Notes: a model not told the origin generated them from the sequence alone. A stretch of 64,000 bases of DNA from Phoronis australis (GCA_002633005.1 NMRA01000084.1:296320-360319), one strand, 5' to 3'. Positions 20,671-35,298 are shown, counted from the stretch's first letter. Made by a program: numbers and translations.

Positions 20671-23600
20671 GTTGTCCTGGCAATTGGAATGATGAGGTCG
20701 GGGCTCTAGAGTTCACGGTTAGTGGCCTGTGATTTATACTTCGGCTTCACAGTTAGTGGATGCAGGTTTAGTTGTGTTAGTTATTAGCATACCGCAGCCT
20801 ATAAATAATTTATACAAATTATTTCTGTAACTAGCAATTATTGATATACTGAGACTTCTCAATTTTGGAAATGTGAGATTTATTTTTTTCTGGAGTAGAA
20901 GTGTGGAGCTTAAGGCCAACTTGATTATTTAGGTGGCGCTCAACGATTTTTGTTGATTTTGGCTTGAAAAATCAGGTTTGTCGGTTCCAACTGCCTGTTC
21001 CACGTGGTGTACAAAACCTGATAACATGAAGAGAATACTGGGCAAAAACCTTGCACTGAGTCTATTGAAACTAATTCCAAAGTCGATTTTCCATCTTTTA
21101 CCACTACTGCCAGTGCAGAGTGCTACTTCAAAAAACGAACAAAAATACACCGAATTAGCAGTTTTCATCACAAACCACCATTTGCATGCGAAAGTACAAA
21201 CTGAAAAACAATGTAAAATGCATGATTGTACAGTCTTTCACTCGGAAGGGATTCAAAATCCAGCAAATGTCATTCGTATCCTTCACATGAAGCACAAATG
21301 AAATTTAAATGCCCAGCCAAACCTGAGGAGTCAATTTAATGAAATTGGGGCAGCTATATCCGACGGGGCGCAAAGCAAACTACGGAGTATCACCTTAAGC
21401 CATATTCCATTAAATAGATCCCTGAGTTTTCGGAGGCACCATGTTTCAAGATCTACATGAGGCTAGTGTACACAGAAAGGTGTGAATTTTAGAAAACCAA
21501 TACACGTTTTTATGGCCGAAATCGTATTTTTGAGATTATTTTTGTAATGGGAAGACATCTTGAAGTTATTAGCTTTGACGAGAGCTATAAAGCAATAACA
21601 TCCGTTCTGTTTTTGTGATTTTAATTCACATCGCCAACTCTCTCCGTTGTCTCAGCGACATTCGCGGAGAACAAGGTCAGTGACCCGTCGTTTTTAGTTT
21701 TTCTGATTTAGCTCCGGCCGCAGGGCGGTTAAACTTCGACAGCGGGTTTTCAATCGATTCCGTGCTGAGGTTGATCACAGAAAATCGTTTTTTTCTCGCA
21801 GATAACGTCCTATTAATACATTCCAACTGAATCTGAAACAAAATCGCAAGAAACATTGTATATCACGTCATCAACAGAGTAACTGAGTGTGAGTAACTTG
21901 CTTGTTTCTTGTGGCAGTGGCCCGAAACAAATTAAAGTCTTGCAGTGGTTGTAACTTATCTTTTAGAATCGTGTAAATTGTGCTAAAGATTTCGTCACTT
22001 CAATGTGGAAATTGCGTGAGTTGAGCTTGATCAGGTTGTCTTATGGACGCGTTGACTGACTCGGATTTACCAGGAACGTGGTCTGCGGTCTCTGGTCACG
22101 TGAAAACGGAGCAATTGAATTGAAAGTAAGTCCAGTGTTTTCTACAAGATTTGCTGGTGCAGCGGCATCTTTTAAAGTCACGTGAAGCGCTATTAGAAAT
22201 AACCCTGTTGAAGAGACCAATTTAGATTTCAGGGTTGGCGAATCCCAAAAAAGTCTGAAGCGGCAGTGGAGTTGAGACGTCGGAGGTTGTTGGCAACGTC
22301 AATACAACCCTATCCTCGATTCTATGGGAGCAGGAGGGCTCAGTTGATTTTCGTTTTCAGTCATCTAAACAATGCGAAATGCATTTTAATATGTTGACTT
22401 AGCGTTTCCATTCTTGCTGGATTACATAATTGAATGAGAGAAATTTGCAGGCTGCGCCTGTGGTTTTCACCTTCGGTTGACCATGTTTCCTATTAAAAGT
22501 GTAATTACCTGCAAAGTTACAGTGTCGTCAAATAATTATGAATATGGCAAGTGTGACTGACATTTTTATAAAGGGTCATTTGTCAACCGAAGTATAGACA
22601 CTAAAAACCATTTCAGAACATGCGCATAAAATATGAAGAAAAAAAAAACGCCGCGCGTTATCTACAATGATTTTATTGCAAAACATTCTGTTACATGTTT
22701 AGTGGCATGAAAAGCCATTACAAAAGCATCTCATTTTGTTTCAACTCCAGACGACAGTGGTTTCCAAATTCAGGCTAAATACAGATACCTAAACGTCGTT
22801 GTGTCAAAGCATGTCTGTGTTTTAGTGTTCAACATCTCGGTTCTAGGTAACGGAATTGCCCGATGAGTAACTTTCCGTGATGAACCGGCAATTTGCGTCA
22901 TCCATCCGTAACTCACGCAACCCGTCTACAATAGTTGCGTTGCATCGGCCTTTTGGGAATATGTTTGTGTCTTTATCGCAAATTCGTTACGAACTCACTG
23001 GAGTGGGACGCTATAAATGTTATCAGAAGAAAGAACAATTGTTAATGGTTTGTTGAATCAATCTTTTCCGTAAGTTTATTGAGATTTGTGTAAGATATGG
23101 ACAGCTGAAGGGAAGCACCCGTGGAATTCCTAGTCCCGAGTGTCATACCTTGTAGTATTATACAGGCGGGGGACGATGATAAGCTTAGGCCACCTGTACT
23201 CAAAATTACCGTTGTCTTCACGTCAGAAAATTCAGACTTACAAAGAAGTGCTGTCACCAGGTGGAGACCGCGATTAGCTCTGTCACCAGTTCAACCTCGC
23301 TACAGCCTCCAGCTCGCAGTCTTCTTCGTGCAAGCTGCCGTTCGGAAACATTTTCTTTCTATGTTGACTTACTTACTTGGGAAGTCACGGTAGTTGAATA
23401 ACCTGATAGGTGTCACTTCAGTGCTGTTCACTTCGAAAGAACCCCAGCGTATTATATACGGGAAGTGAGATTCTAAATGAGTTGCCGTTACCCAGCGGAA
23501 ATCAACGTGAGATTAAAGGTTAAAGAGAATCTTTTTGATGAGGAAATCAGACTATGCCTTTGTTGGGAAGGCCAGACATCGTTGCTACGGTTACTATACG

Positions 23601-24639
23601 ACGTTGTTTCTATGACAAATAAAGAGCCAGAATAGTTCAAGTTAGTCTCTGCATTGGTACTAATCGTTACACAGAAATGCAACAATGATAGGGGGCGCTA
23701 TTTTGAAGAAAAGTGAAAGTACAGTCGAACTAGCGACCTTTGCTCGTTCCGAACGTGTTCGCGACTACAAGCTAGCGAACCAGATTCACTGAACCTAATA
23801 GTAACACCTCCTACAAAACTGGAACCAAACCTGGCCTAACCCAGACATTTAATTTCTAGGCATTGCAAATTGCCCGAGGCTACAGTCTTACGGTACAGTG
23901 CCACCTACGAAGTTAATGAAGATGCAAATGATAAAACACTGACCCCTATTGGGAAAATTAGTAAAGTGTAACAGAATGAAAGCCAACCTCTTACAAACGC
24001 ATAGTTAATTTAGCTCTTTGGATCACTTTCATCAATCGACAAACCGCCAGGCGTATTACTAAAGACAGAGAATGCAATGTCTTCGAGTCGAGATGACTCT
24101 GCAGTGCATTTTCTACTAGAAACCCATATCCATGACGAACTGCGGAAACACACGCTGTCATTCAAAGAATCCTAACTTGCAGTTATTTAATTTACTTATA
24201 TTTGCAGTGTAGGATATACATGTGGAGAAGGACGTAACACCTGTAGTGACCCTAAATGCTTGCTAATGTCAGTAAAACAAACAGATATTTTGTAATACCA
24301 CTACTTAACTTGTCACTCTTATGAAGGGAGAAAAACGTGACACTACAAGCCAAAAGTAACCAGACAAAATTTTGTTTTCTCGTCATGACGGATTATTCTC
24401 TGCTGGAGAATTCTGCTTCCACTCGGATTTTATGACAAGGTTGCCTTCCACCGTTATGACAGGAAGTTCTGGGTGATTATATTAGATTGTTTCTGGATGT
24501 ACTGTAAGAAAGAAACCAGTCTCCGTCATAATGTTCATTGATATAAAAAATAACGCTTCTTTTATGTCCTTTCGTTGATTGCAAACAGGTCGAGTTTAAA
24601 GCTATATTTCGCCCTGTTTTTCTGGCTTAAAAACGTAAA

Positions 24640-24915
24640 TCGAGTACGCCTTTTATTTTCATAAAATCGGTCTCATATTATTCTACTCAGTTACCCAATC
24701 AAGTCAAAGACAACGCGTACATGCGTCATTTCCGAAATCGCAATAAACTCTTTAAACATTGTCTTAACGAAAACAGAATCCTATCAATGGGATTACAGGG
24801 ACAATTCGATTTTCGTTTTTTAACCAGCTTAACATGGAGAAATGCATTTTTAATTAATCTGAACAAAACACTAAAGTGGAACTTTCTACATACGCACGTT
24901 CGTATCTACGTTTTT
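24640..24915 (+). repeat. Dispersed repeat, copy 1 (copy 2 at about 28165-28510)
   Basis: Colinear blocks CATAAAATCG.TCTCAT, TCAAGTC..AGACAA, CATGCG, AATTCGATTTTCG, CAGCT.AACA, AAATGCA and TTCGTATCT.CGT. Confidence 0.65.
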
Positions 24916-25800
24916 CTTTAGAATCGCTGAGTTATAAGCCACGTGTCAGTCAACCTCTCAGCGGACTATTTTAGAGTACACTATCAGAAATTATGAATAC
25001 GCTTGAAACAGAAATTTAAACTCAGTGAAAAATATTAACGTCATGTTGAGCACTCTTTGAAAATAAATTAATTTGACTGAACTGGTTTGCGTTTGCCGTG
25101 TTTTACGCTTTTGAATTGAAATGAAGCAGACGGAACAAGCTTTAATAATGATAAACTTCACTTTAACGCTTATAAATTATTTCATTTTTAATAACTCTGT
25201 TCAATAGGTTCGGAACATTCGATATACTGAAGCGTTGTGCATTTTTGTCAGTACTGTAGGTAAGAATGACGCTCAAAAATCTACGTGCACAGTACGAGAT
25301 CTCTTGCGCCCCCTGGTTGCCAAAAACACAATCACGAATAAAATGAAGGGGTGAACTCACATTTTGAACGCAGGGATAAAAAACAGGATGTTTCTCGTTT
25401 TATAAGGACTTTTAAATGACCATTCGGCTATTAAATTGGCATTTTTTACTATTTCTGTTTCATCTCCCATCCTCCCCACCACTACCAGGTTTATTTCTAT
25501 TTATGTGATGCTAAACTTAACTAGTATTTACATCATATTCAGAATTATCACAAAGAACAGTTTTGCTGTGAGGAAAAGCAAAAATAAACTCGACTATTAA
25601 CCGCACCATGTCAGGCAATCAGTTTTTATTTAACAACTGCACTGAGCGAAAATTTGACATGAATTAAAATTAAATTTGTTTCCCAACTCGCGATCAGTCG
25701 TAAGTTATTCGCGCTACTCAACATTTGCCGTCTGATGAAAACTAGGTTCATACCGTGCCACCGTAGCGGAAATGCAAGAGAAATACTTCACTTATTGAGA

Positions 25801-26205
25801 ACCCATTATGTCCATTTGGACCCAGTATGTCAATTTTGTCTATTTTCTCCCCTTTGAATCAAACTTCACGCCGTTATCAGCCTTGATAAATTATGTTATT
25901 TTTTAAATGAGTTATATTTCACAAAGGTGGATCAGATTGGCAATTAAATTCTGTTTTGACGAATTACACTGAAATGGACACGACTGTTCAAAATGGAGAT
26001 GTGTAGGCCAAGACCTCCTAACTCATTATGTTCACTTCAACATAATTGATCACAACGGAATTTATGGCAGGTCTAATCCAACTTTGTGAATTATAATTAT
26101 TGTTGACACTAATCAAAACCGACATCAAGGGTGAAAAATGGACCTAGCAAGCAAACATTGACTGGATCAAAATGGACACACTGGGACGAAATGGACATAA
26201 TGTGT
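25801..26205. mobile_element. Foldback MITE
   Basis: ACCCATTATGTCCATTTGGACCCAGTATGTC at 25801 is inverted as GACACACTGGGACGAAATGGACATAATGTGT ending at 26205. Inner arms at about 25918-25966 and 26043-26090 are also inverted. Confidence 0.75.
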
Positions 26206-27016
26206 CAGAACAGACGGCATAACAATACCTTGTATCGTTGCAAGGGTTACCAATACAACTTTTCTGTTCTTAGTTATCCTTTTATTGTCTGTAGTAACAC
26301 GCTGCCAGTATTAACAATGCGGCTCGGAATAAAGAAACGATGGCAATACGAAAAAATTTCTGCATTGAGTACCTGTGAATCACATTTAAAAAAGTCACTG
26401 CGATACAAAAACTCATCTTAAATTGAAACAATCGTAACGCCTGGTCTTGTGAAAATTCGAAATTGCCCAAACGGAATTTTAATGACGTGCTAATTGATTC
26501 TTGCGACGTACATGCGCAGGGTACGAGAAGACATGATAAAAGACTAGAGTTTGTAGAATGATGACAATTCTGGTGCAGATTTGAGTGTGGTCCAGTGGTA
26601 TGAAATGTGCATGATAGTCACATCAAGCTAACTTGAACTGCATTACCATCAAAGTAGAATTTTCCGTAAAAGTGGAATCTGGGGTGCAGCGTGTGCCAAG
26701 TGCGAACGTGTGTACACCGTCGTGAAATGTAAGTGACGTACGTCAAGTGGGGAGATATTCACTACAGCGTAACTTATTAGTCCATCGCCAACCTGATTAC
26801 TCCGCACTATTTGTCTTATATTTATTTTAAGCTGGGTTTACTACATTTTTCGATTCAGATTCACAGTATACCTCGATTTTTAGACAAAACATTTTGAGGA
26901 TGATGACGTCACGCTTTCTATTACAACTGTACAAATGCATCAAGCGTGAGGGCTTGACCTTTCCTCCGCTTGAAAGCCAGGTTCTCTGTTTAAGAATATT
27001 TAACCGCTTTTCAAAA

Positions 27017-27040
27017 GTCACGTGCCCCAATGACCAATGG
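27017..27040 (-). promoter_or_regulatory. Orphan CCAAT x2 plus GTCACGTG module
   Basis: GTCACGTGccCCAATgaCCAATgg has the same motif order and orientation as the Hox3 proximal module. Confidence 0.3.
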
Positions 27041-28164
27041 TTGACACTGTTTTGTTGGCAATTGATTTTAATAGCGCAAGGCAAGCTCGAGCAATCGTTT
27101 AGCGGCGGACATTTACCACTTCATTATATTACATCTTGTCATTTCGTTATTGAGTATATTTGAAAACAAATACATTGTGTTTTACTTCAGTTTTTAATCA
27201 TGTACGTCATCAAGTGCATGTTTCATTACAACGTGATCGCTCACCAGGTGCTTAGGGCTTCTCGAGCCTTCAGTGAGACATCTAGTGGGAGGCCTAGTAA
27301 TTTGAACTACAAACCTGTCACCGCAACATTCTCCCACTCCAGTGTTCGAAACTTGACTTCCAATCGCCAAATTTTTTTACCTGACACGACAGATTGCTCG
27401 ATCCATCGAGTCGACACTTTTTCTCCCTCGGACTCCACCATTTTCCTTTCTCAGTTGCCCAATGAACGACACCCTATCGAGTTTACCAGATGGACCATGT
27501 TTGTGCGGGGGCCGGCGTTATCTGCTTTGAGGAACCGTGAATGTCAGACAAGGTCGTGCGAAGTACGCGCAATTTATGGAATTACAGAATTATATAACTA
27601 TGGGGCTCTCAGAAGCGCAGAAATCTAGAACTGTCATATCTTCGAAAAAGCCACTTATGTTGAGCTTAGCTCTGTCTTATGTCCAGTTTTCATTCAGCAA
27701 TGTTGCAAGCCAATGTTAAAAACTGTCTACACTTGACCGAGTTCGATAACTTACAAACAGAGAAAGTGGAATGACATGTCTCGATGCTGGCAAGCACACG
27801 TTCAACTTTCTTATCTTGACATAACTGGGTCTGACGGACGGTAAATCGGTGCAGAAGCATCGACTAGTGTTGCTACAAACCGTCTTGTGAACTGTGGTTT
27901 GCTGTGAGACGGAAGTCAAGAATTGTGAATTGATTGGCGATGAATGCACGCGAACAAGTCAAATGTTGTTGATTTACTGCACTTGATTATCGTTTACGCG
28001 AGCACAACTGAAACAAAAGTATCCAATTGTGACGCTAAGTTACAAATGTACCAAGAACGTAGTGTCGTTTTCGTGTCGGTTTTGACACATCGACAAACTA
28101 GTCATTATAGCATTACATTTACGTAGAAGGTGTGTTTGGTCCTGGTAGCCCGCTAAAATAATGA

Positions 28165-28510
28165 ATTAAAGTTTTACTCTCATAAAATCGATCTCATGAT
28201 ATTCCAAACCTTGATAGGATTTCATTACTAACTCAAGTCGCAGACAATTTGTTCATGCGCTTTTTTCGAATTCACAATTTTAAGATCGGGCAACCCCAAT
28301 AAACTCTGAATCGGTTCCTCGAGTTGCCGATAGTTCTTCTTGATAGCACATTAAGGTCAAGGCTATTAAAAGACCGATATCCGAGGAGTAAAAGGTCTAA
28401 TTCGATTTTCGCTCTTAGTCAGCTAAACAAGACAAATGCAGCTTTAACAAGATGTCAAAATTGAAACGAACCAATGGCGGTAGCGTGATCTCATATTCGT
28501 ATCTTCGTGT
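28165..28510 (+). repeat. Dispersed repeat, copy 2 (see 24640-24915)
   Basis: Same colinear blocks with insertions. Confidence 0.65.
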
Positions 28511-31039
28511 TAATACCGCGTTTCATTTTGGCCTTGTAGCAGTGACTGTTTAAATATAATAATGTGTTTTGAAATCATGGAGACATCATTTGTCTGCACA
28601 ACAGATAAGAATACAACTGCTGCAGCTACCATGGCTTGAAATGAAACCCTGCTTTACTTAGAATTGTTTCAAATCAAAATCGTCTCACATGAAGCAAAAT
28701 CTGTGGTACTGTTCAATGTCATGAAATAGCATACAAAATAATGTCTGCTTCGTCAAAATATGAATTCCAAGTGTATTTCGTTCATGCAGTCATCGTATTT
28801 GCAAACGGAGGCCACCACGAAAATGGCCAACGACTAAGGAAGTACCATGAATAGATTGCTGTCAAAACTGTCATGGCCTTTGGCGATAATTTACAATTGA
28901 GGCTGTGAAACAGATTTTGCCTCCGATAACTGACACAATTTGGCTACAAGAAGTTGTCAGTCATCTGTCTGACAGGATTCACAACCCCACAATTTGCTTG
29001 GAGGTCATGACACTGAGGCAATTTTGTTGATAAATCTACATCACTTGATGACAAAACGTCAGTGGAAAGTAGCCTAAATGACAACTCGTGTACCATTGCC
29101 AGGAAAAGGTGGCATAAAATCTGATACTTAAATGTAAATGTTACTCTGCGCGTGGTCTTGGAATATCCAAAATTCAGTTTCCAACTATTTGAAAAGTGAA
29201 AAACAATTTACCATGCACAAACAATGCATATGAGCTCGCCACACAATACAGGGTTTGAAAATAACTCGTATTAAATCGGAATTTTAATTATTTTCTCTAA
29301 AAAAACGAAAGATCAAAGCGAAACAAAAATTATCATTGAAGCACAAAAGATGTGCCAACATAGTAGTCAAGTTCATTATGAGGTCGCGAATGTGCACGTG
29401 CATTCCCACAGTAAAGCAAATTCCGAGTCAGGAAAAGCATAGGAGACATATTGATTGTTCGATCAAACAATGCCAATAAATAGAAGTTTATTTTGAAGTT
29501 ACAGAGTATAAAATATACGAAACTGAAACACTGATTTTCTAACGAGCCCACGTGGATGCTAACTTGCATGTACTGGCCGAGATGTAGCTCGACACAGGGA
29601 TGGAATCACTCCTACACACAGCAAATGTAGAGCTTCGCTGGAAGCTGAGATGTTGAAACGCATCATGAATGCTATACAAATGATAATGAACCCAGCATCC
29701 CGAGTATACTCAAAAGTGTATACGGTGAAGCTTCTTCAAATTCGAATAAAAATAATGGCCAAAACTGTATTAATTCGTTTATCCAAATGCTCATTGTCTT
29801 GCCAAAATTGTTCAAAATTTCATTGCGTGCTTGTTGCTGACAATCCTGTTACATAAACTTTTCAAGTGATCAAGAAAGATTCTCTTTTTCTCTTACTGAA
29901 ATTTTTGATCAAATAAAATTTTACCCTTCCGCCATATTATGTTTGACAGTACAATTCTAAAGTTCGATAAATACAATCACAATTAGTACACATGTTATCA
30001 AGTTAATAGAATGACAACCACCTTATTGCGTTTACAGTAACCCAAAACATGATATGTGATAAGTTATGACTTGAAACACAACAGCTGTTTAAATGCATGG
30101 CAAACAATTTTGTACAGTCTGAAATCATTGTACGCCAGGTAGCGGTAGATGATAATTGCACCAGAACAATCGTACCAATGAGGTCATATCCGGTTTAAAG
30201 AAAGAGCTTGTAGATCAGCCATAGCAAAAACTGTAGTACGTCCAATAATTCTGCGATGAGGTCACACAGAAGTGAAACGTCAAATGACATGACAGGGCAA
30301 CAGGAAGCAGTCTAAATACAACTCTTTGACGTTTTGAGAGCTCAAAAGCGTCTTTCGCTTAACCCGATTTCTTATTTTGTTGGGCAAGAACGGGTCAGTT
30401 GACAGGAAAGATGCGCAGTTTCTTTCAATCACGAACATTTTGAGACGCGGGATCTTTTTTGTAAATTTTTTGAATACCCCATCGCACAGTAGCGGCAATC
30501 TGACAGCATGATGGTCCAAAACATTCTATAAAAATGCCGGGAAATATCCCACTGCATTCAATACTTACAAGAAAGCAGCGCTCCTTTCACCAAGTAAGTA
30601 ATGGTCGGAAACAACGTACCCGAATTTTAATAACCAGTTGTCTCCACTGAATAAAGGACATCAAACTGGTTCACAAATTAGAGCACGTTACTTTATATCC
30701 GACTATTGCAGTGTTGCTTCACTTTACATGCAGAATTCAGTAGGCTTAAGCTTCGACAGAATCCGAAAAGTATGGCATTTAAAACCTCACATGCACATTC
30801 ATAATATTTAATTTGGTTGAAATAGGAAATCTTATCGTCTATTTCAGAAATCATTTTGTAAAATTAAAGCTTTACTCATATTGACCAAAGGCCTAAAAGA
30901 TGGGTAAACCCGTGACACGATTTGTCCTCTGGGAATAACACGAAGCACCTAAACGGCCAGGCGTATGTTCAACTTGACTGCTCTGTTTTGAAATTATTTG
31001 CCGATCTTTGGAAAACAAAACGTTCCGTTCAATGACATG

Positions 31040-31590
31040 TTATAGCTGAGCTAAGGTTGCGTATCGCTGTCCTTGTCGCACGAAAGTATTAGTTTCACTA
31101 CGACTAAAAGGGATAACGTGCGTTGAGTAGTGGCTTGACGGAGGGGTAGGAGGCAAGGCCGGGGCAGACATTTGCGTCTGAACTGGCGGCGATCTAGGCA
31201 GAGCGTCCTGGCAGAGTGATGGTGAACGCGGAATGTGGACGGTGTTAGCACCTCCGGCAACTTTTGTCGTCAAAGTCTGCATTGGTAAACCGTTCTCTTT
31301 TGATGACCTGTCGCTACATCCTTCGGAACTATGCGAGGACTCGTCTTCAGAGTCATATTTTCCCTGCAAAGATTTTGCGACTGCGATTTTCTGTTTTTGT
31401 TCTTTTTTGAATTTCATTCGTCGATTTTGGAACCATATTTTTATCTGTCGCTCTGAGAGATTGAGCAGGGCGGCCATTTCTATCCTTCGTGGTCGACACA
31501 AGTATCTGTTGAAATGAAACTCTTTCTCCAGTTCTACTAATTGGGCGCTTGTATAAGCTGTCCTGGCTCTCTTAGCGGGCTGATCATACT
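31040..31590 (-). CDS. Hox3: Hox3 exon 2 (homeobox)
   Basis: Reads (E)[65 protein letters not shown], a canonical Hox3 homeodomain. Polypyrimidine acceptor cgtcttccAG at 31592-31591, phase 1. Ends YATLAQL*. Confidence 0.97.
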
Positions 31591-32804
31591 CTGGAAGACG
31601 AAGAAGTAGAAGAAGAATACAACTATGTTCGGTGAATTACGGAATTAAGTATCAAAATCGCTAAACACAAACTAGTTGATCCTACTGGCACGTGTAGGAT
31701 GCCGTAAGGGGGAGGGGGCATTCAGAAGGAGAGATGTCCGCGTAAACCCTAAAACCGACAAGCCTTTTTGGCCATGTCTGTTGGTTAATGGGTGTCAGCC
31801 GTCTACATTCGTGAGCAACTTTGCAGTTCTCCGACCCTCGCAAATCATAGGAGTACGAGCTGAAACATGGTACAGATAGTTGCCCCTAATTTAACCAATT
31901 CTTTAAGCAATTCGCCGAAGGTGGGTGCCTTTCTGTTACATTTCTTAGTAGTAAAATCGACAAAATTAATTTTCTTCAATTCTCACTAATCATAATTACA
32001 CTATACTTGTTAAATATTTTCGAATAATTGTTGCAGGCGAATCACCATAATGGCCGGAAAGATCGTCGAGGTCTTTAAGCAACAAGCGTTATATTTTTGG
32101 TTCCACCGTTGCAATGTGGCTACTAGAACGAAGGTGGCTTCATAGGAATGGTCCCCAAAGGCTACGGGAGAATCGATATTCACTACAGCGGGTGGTGATA
32201 AAGAACAATTTGCTCATCTTCCTGGTACTTGAATTGGCCGAGAATAAAAGTGTGTTTACCAACACGACCATGAGATACGTTGCCACCTCACACCTGACTG
32301 CATGCACTTTTCAAGTTGGACAGTTGGTTCACTCGCACCAACAGGCAAATCGCGAGTTCCTCATTGTACACTGATAGTTTAATGACATGTCACTTTTAAA
32401 AAGAAGTTGAAGAAACAAACATGAAATTAATTTAACGTTAAACAGCGAAAATTTGTAATTCACACTTCTGAGTAATATTTCGAATCAAGTGCTTCACATG
32501 TGAATGGTTATGTACGTTATCTAATTTTAATACGTTTTACTTTAGTCAAGACTTACTCCCAAACAATGCTCTTTTCGCAAATGTAAGATAGTTTGATGGA
32601 GATTTTCTTACTTTTAAATTTCTATTGTAGCACCAAGAACTGGCACCACAGTAAATTGAGATTTTTTATGACGTCACAGTTATGGAGGACCATATCGACA
32701 ATTATTTACAAAGCTGTAGCTGTTAATTCAAAACGTTAATATTTTCTAAGAGTAAAAAGCGGGGCAGTCTTCATTGTAACTGTATACAAATCTGTCATTA
32801 AGTG

Positions 32805-33166
32805 AGTCACGTGACCATGTCTTTTAAGTAAAACTTAGCAAAAAAGAAAAGCACATTCGTAGCAAAACAACGTTATCAGTAACATGACCAAATTTCATTT
32901 GATACACATGTTAAAGAAGATGGAATTTCAAAAACGCTGTTGCAGTTTTCTAGAACGCCATTTCGTTTGAGTTATACTCAGCTTCGGAGTTTTTTTCATA
33001 GATATCACCAAATTCCTGTTTTTGATGGTCACCCATGCAAAAGAGGAAAAATTTAAAAGCAATCAAAACGTTTTCGAGAACAATACATAAAGCACAGTAT
33101 GTGATCAGTCATTTTTCAGAAATCAACCCAAATTTATTAGACATTTTTCTAGGGTCCTGCGTAGCC
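32805..33166 (+). mobile_element. Dispersed TTAA-terminated repeat (related copies at about 37568-37795 and end at about 55485-55505)
   Basis: TCACGTGACCAT..TTAGCAAAA..AAAAACGCT.TT.CA.TTT..CATTTCGTTT..TTTT.ATGG is shared with 37568-37795. Ends AGGGTCCTGCGTAGCC|TTAA, compared with AGGTCCTGCATAACCTTCA at about 55488. Confidence 0.55.
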
Positions 33167-35242
33167 TTAAGAAAACAGATAGTAAAAAGGCGGTAATTTT
33201 GCGGAACAATTCTCATTGGCATCTCTCAATTGATTACGCAGCGTTTACAGAATCTTGGTTATAGACACAGAAATAAACCATTTATACAAGAACCCAAAAC
33301 GTCTAAAACACATTTTCTGTAGAAAACTAATATGTGAACTTGAATTGTACTATAAGATGGGAACATATAACAATCACAAAATGGGAAAGATTCGAAATTT
33401 CAACAAAAGTGTTAGTTTTGTTTTCTCCACTTATAATCATAACATGTGCCGGTGTGTTAGCGTGACTGATTAAAGGGCAATAGAATTGTATAAGGCCTTG
33501 TTTTGGATACAACATTAACATTCACAGCGAAAAAAGCAGAACGTGACAACGTTGGTTTCCCCTCTAATCGGATTACGGGATCCTGTGAAACCAGCTTTAC
33601 AACGGTAAGTAATTGATCTAAATCAAAAGTTGTTTTTTGATAGAAAACATGTTTATTACAGCTTTAAGACTGACATGTTTTGAAAGTTGGAATATTTTCA
33701 AAGTAACCCCATGTACGCAAATGTGCAACATGAGCAATCTTGGTGAGTCTAATTTAGCTGTTGAGCAACGTTGGTACACCAGCTCTCAACCCCGCTATAC
33801 TGCAACTGTTCAGGAGGTACCGTTATACCCATATATCAACATATTTCACCAATGAAACCACCACACTGTAACAACAAGTTCTTATCAACTGTACAAGACA
33901 AACGCATTGACTGTAATTAGGTTATATTATCATAATTGCAGCGTTGAAGAAACCAACTAAGTACAAGTATAAGTCAAAGCGATTTTTCATGAGGGTAATA
34001 GGAAGTTCTTTGTACTAACAGCCGGTTGAGAACTACACATTAATACAATATTCAATGATTTTTTTCGGCATAACAATAGAAATTTTCCAGTTAAACACGG
34101 ATGCAAAGGAGTTACGAACTCTTTTTATCAGCTTTGTCCAAAAGCGACTACCAGCCGGGCAAAGGGAACCTTGCACTGTTCATGTAGATTTGACCGAAAG
34201 TAAAGTAGAACAAGTGGGCGACTCCATGATCTGATTTCGTGCAGATATTGAAGTGAACCGTAGCCCCGTGTGTGTTTTCCTCGTTGTTCTCGTGATATGT
34301 GACTAACGTCTGGGAACGTTTGGTAGACGGCTGACAACACTTAAGAGGTGCCATGTGTAGAAACTGTTGAGACGATCGTCTTGGAAGACGTCCTGGGTTA
34401 CCAACAGTCGATATGACTACGCACAACTAATTTAATTTGCATAGGAAAAAGCAAGAGACGGCAAAGCTTTATAATGCCGGGGTTTTCGTTTACATAGGAA
34501 AAATGAATCACGCACCATCGAAGTCTTAACAATAAGTCGTTATGTTCAGAAGTGGCTTCGAAAATGTAGGCTCTAAAGTTATTGAATTCGAGTAGGAAAA
34601 ATTAGACGATATTAATTCAAAATAAACAAATTTTAAATGGGATACATCGAACTAAATCGTGATGTGGGTAAATAATTCCCCAAACCCGCGTGTTTGCATT
34701 TTCTAATTCCCCCGCATGGTCGTAAGACAACCTACATTTGTCTAAGTTTAGTTTTGCGGAAAACAAATTCAAAAACTGTCCACACTATTTTGTACTTCCA
34801 TATAAATTATGAGATATTTCTGAAGAAGAATACTTTATGTAACGAAATATGTCTTTAACCCATGAGAAAATCGATCAAAAGTTTTACAAGGGCCGAATGC
34901 AGCTTACTTGTCTCACGAAAGTGTTTACCCACAATCGATACCCCATACGTCAGCGTTTCCGAAAGCACGCCTCTAGAATCGCTGTGATTTCCCGACAAGA
35001 AGTAGTTAAATTCAATTAAATTAAATTAAAGAATGTTCAGTACTAGTTAATGCACATTTATGCAACTTTTTCTAAACTGGAAACTTTTCTGTCGTCGGCT
35101 TTCCCTCTGCTTCAACTAACCCGCCCTCAACAAAAGTTTTACTGCTGGTGCGACTTTTCAGTAAACAAAATAGCACAGTGCATGATGTTTGCTTAACAGG
35201 TAAGACCGTAAAATGTTGTTTCTTCAATGAAAATCGTAGGCG

Positions 35243-35298
35243 TGTCGATCGTAGGTACTCTGTCGATAGTGGGTACACTGTCGATCGTGGGTACACTG
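35243..35298. repeat. 18-bp tandem repeat x3 (TGTCGATCGTGGGTACAC)
   Basis: Three near-identical units seen directly. Confidence 0.85.

Noticed and set aside
22780-22925. Minus-strand YGWM as a possible Hox2 hexapeptide
   Set aside because: There is an in-frame stop five codons upstream, no KEKK-like context and no phase-1 donor.
27716-27949. ORF with INSQ resembling the Hox2 GFINSQPS motif
   Set aside because: Only four residues match, and there is no hexapeptide or suitable splice donor.
30181-30275. DR5-like retinoic-acid response elements (AGGTCAtatccGGTTTA; AGGTCAcacagAAGTGA)
   Set aside because: The second half-sites are mismatched, and such matches are expected by chance.
35243-35298. 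CRISPR-like repeat array
   Set aside because: These are direct tandem units with no spacers, in a eukaryotic context.
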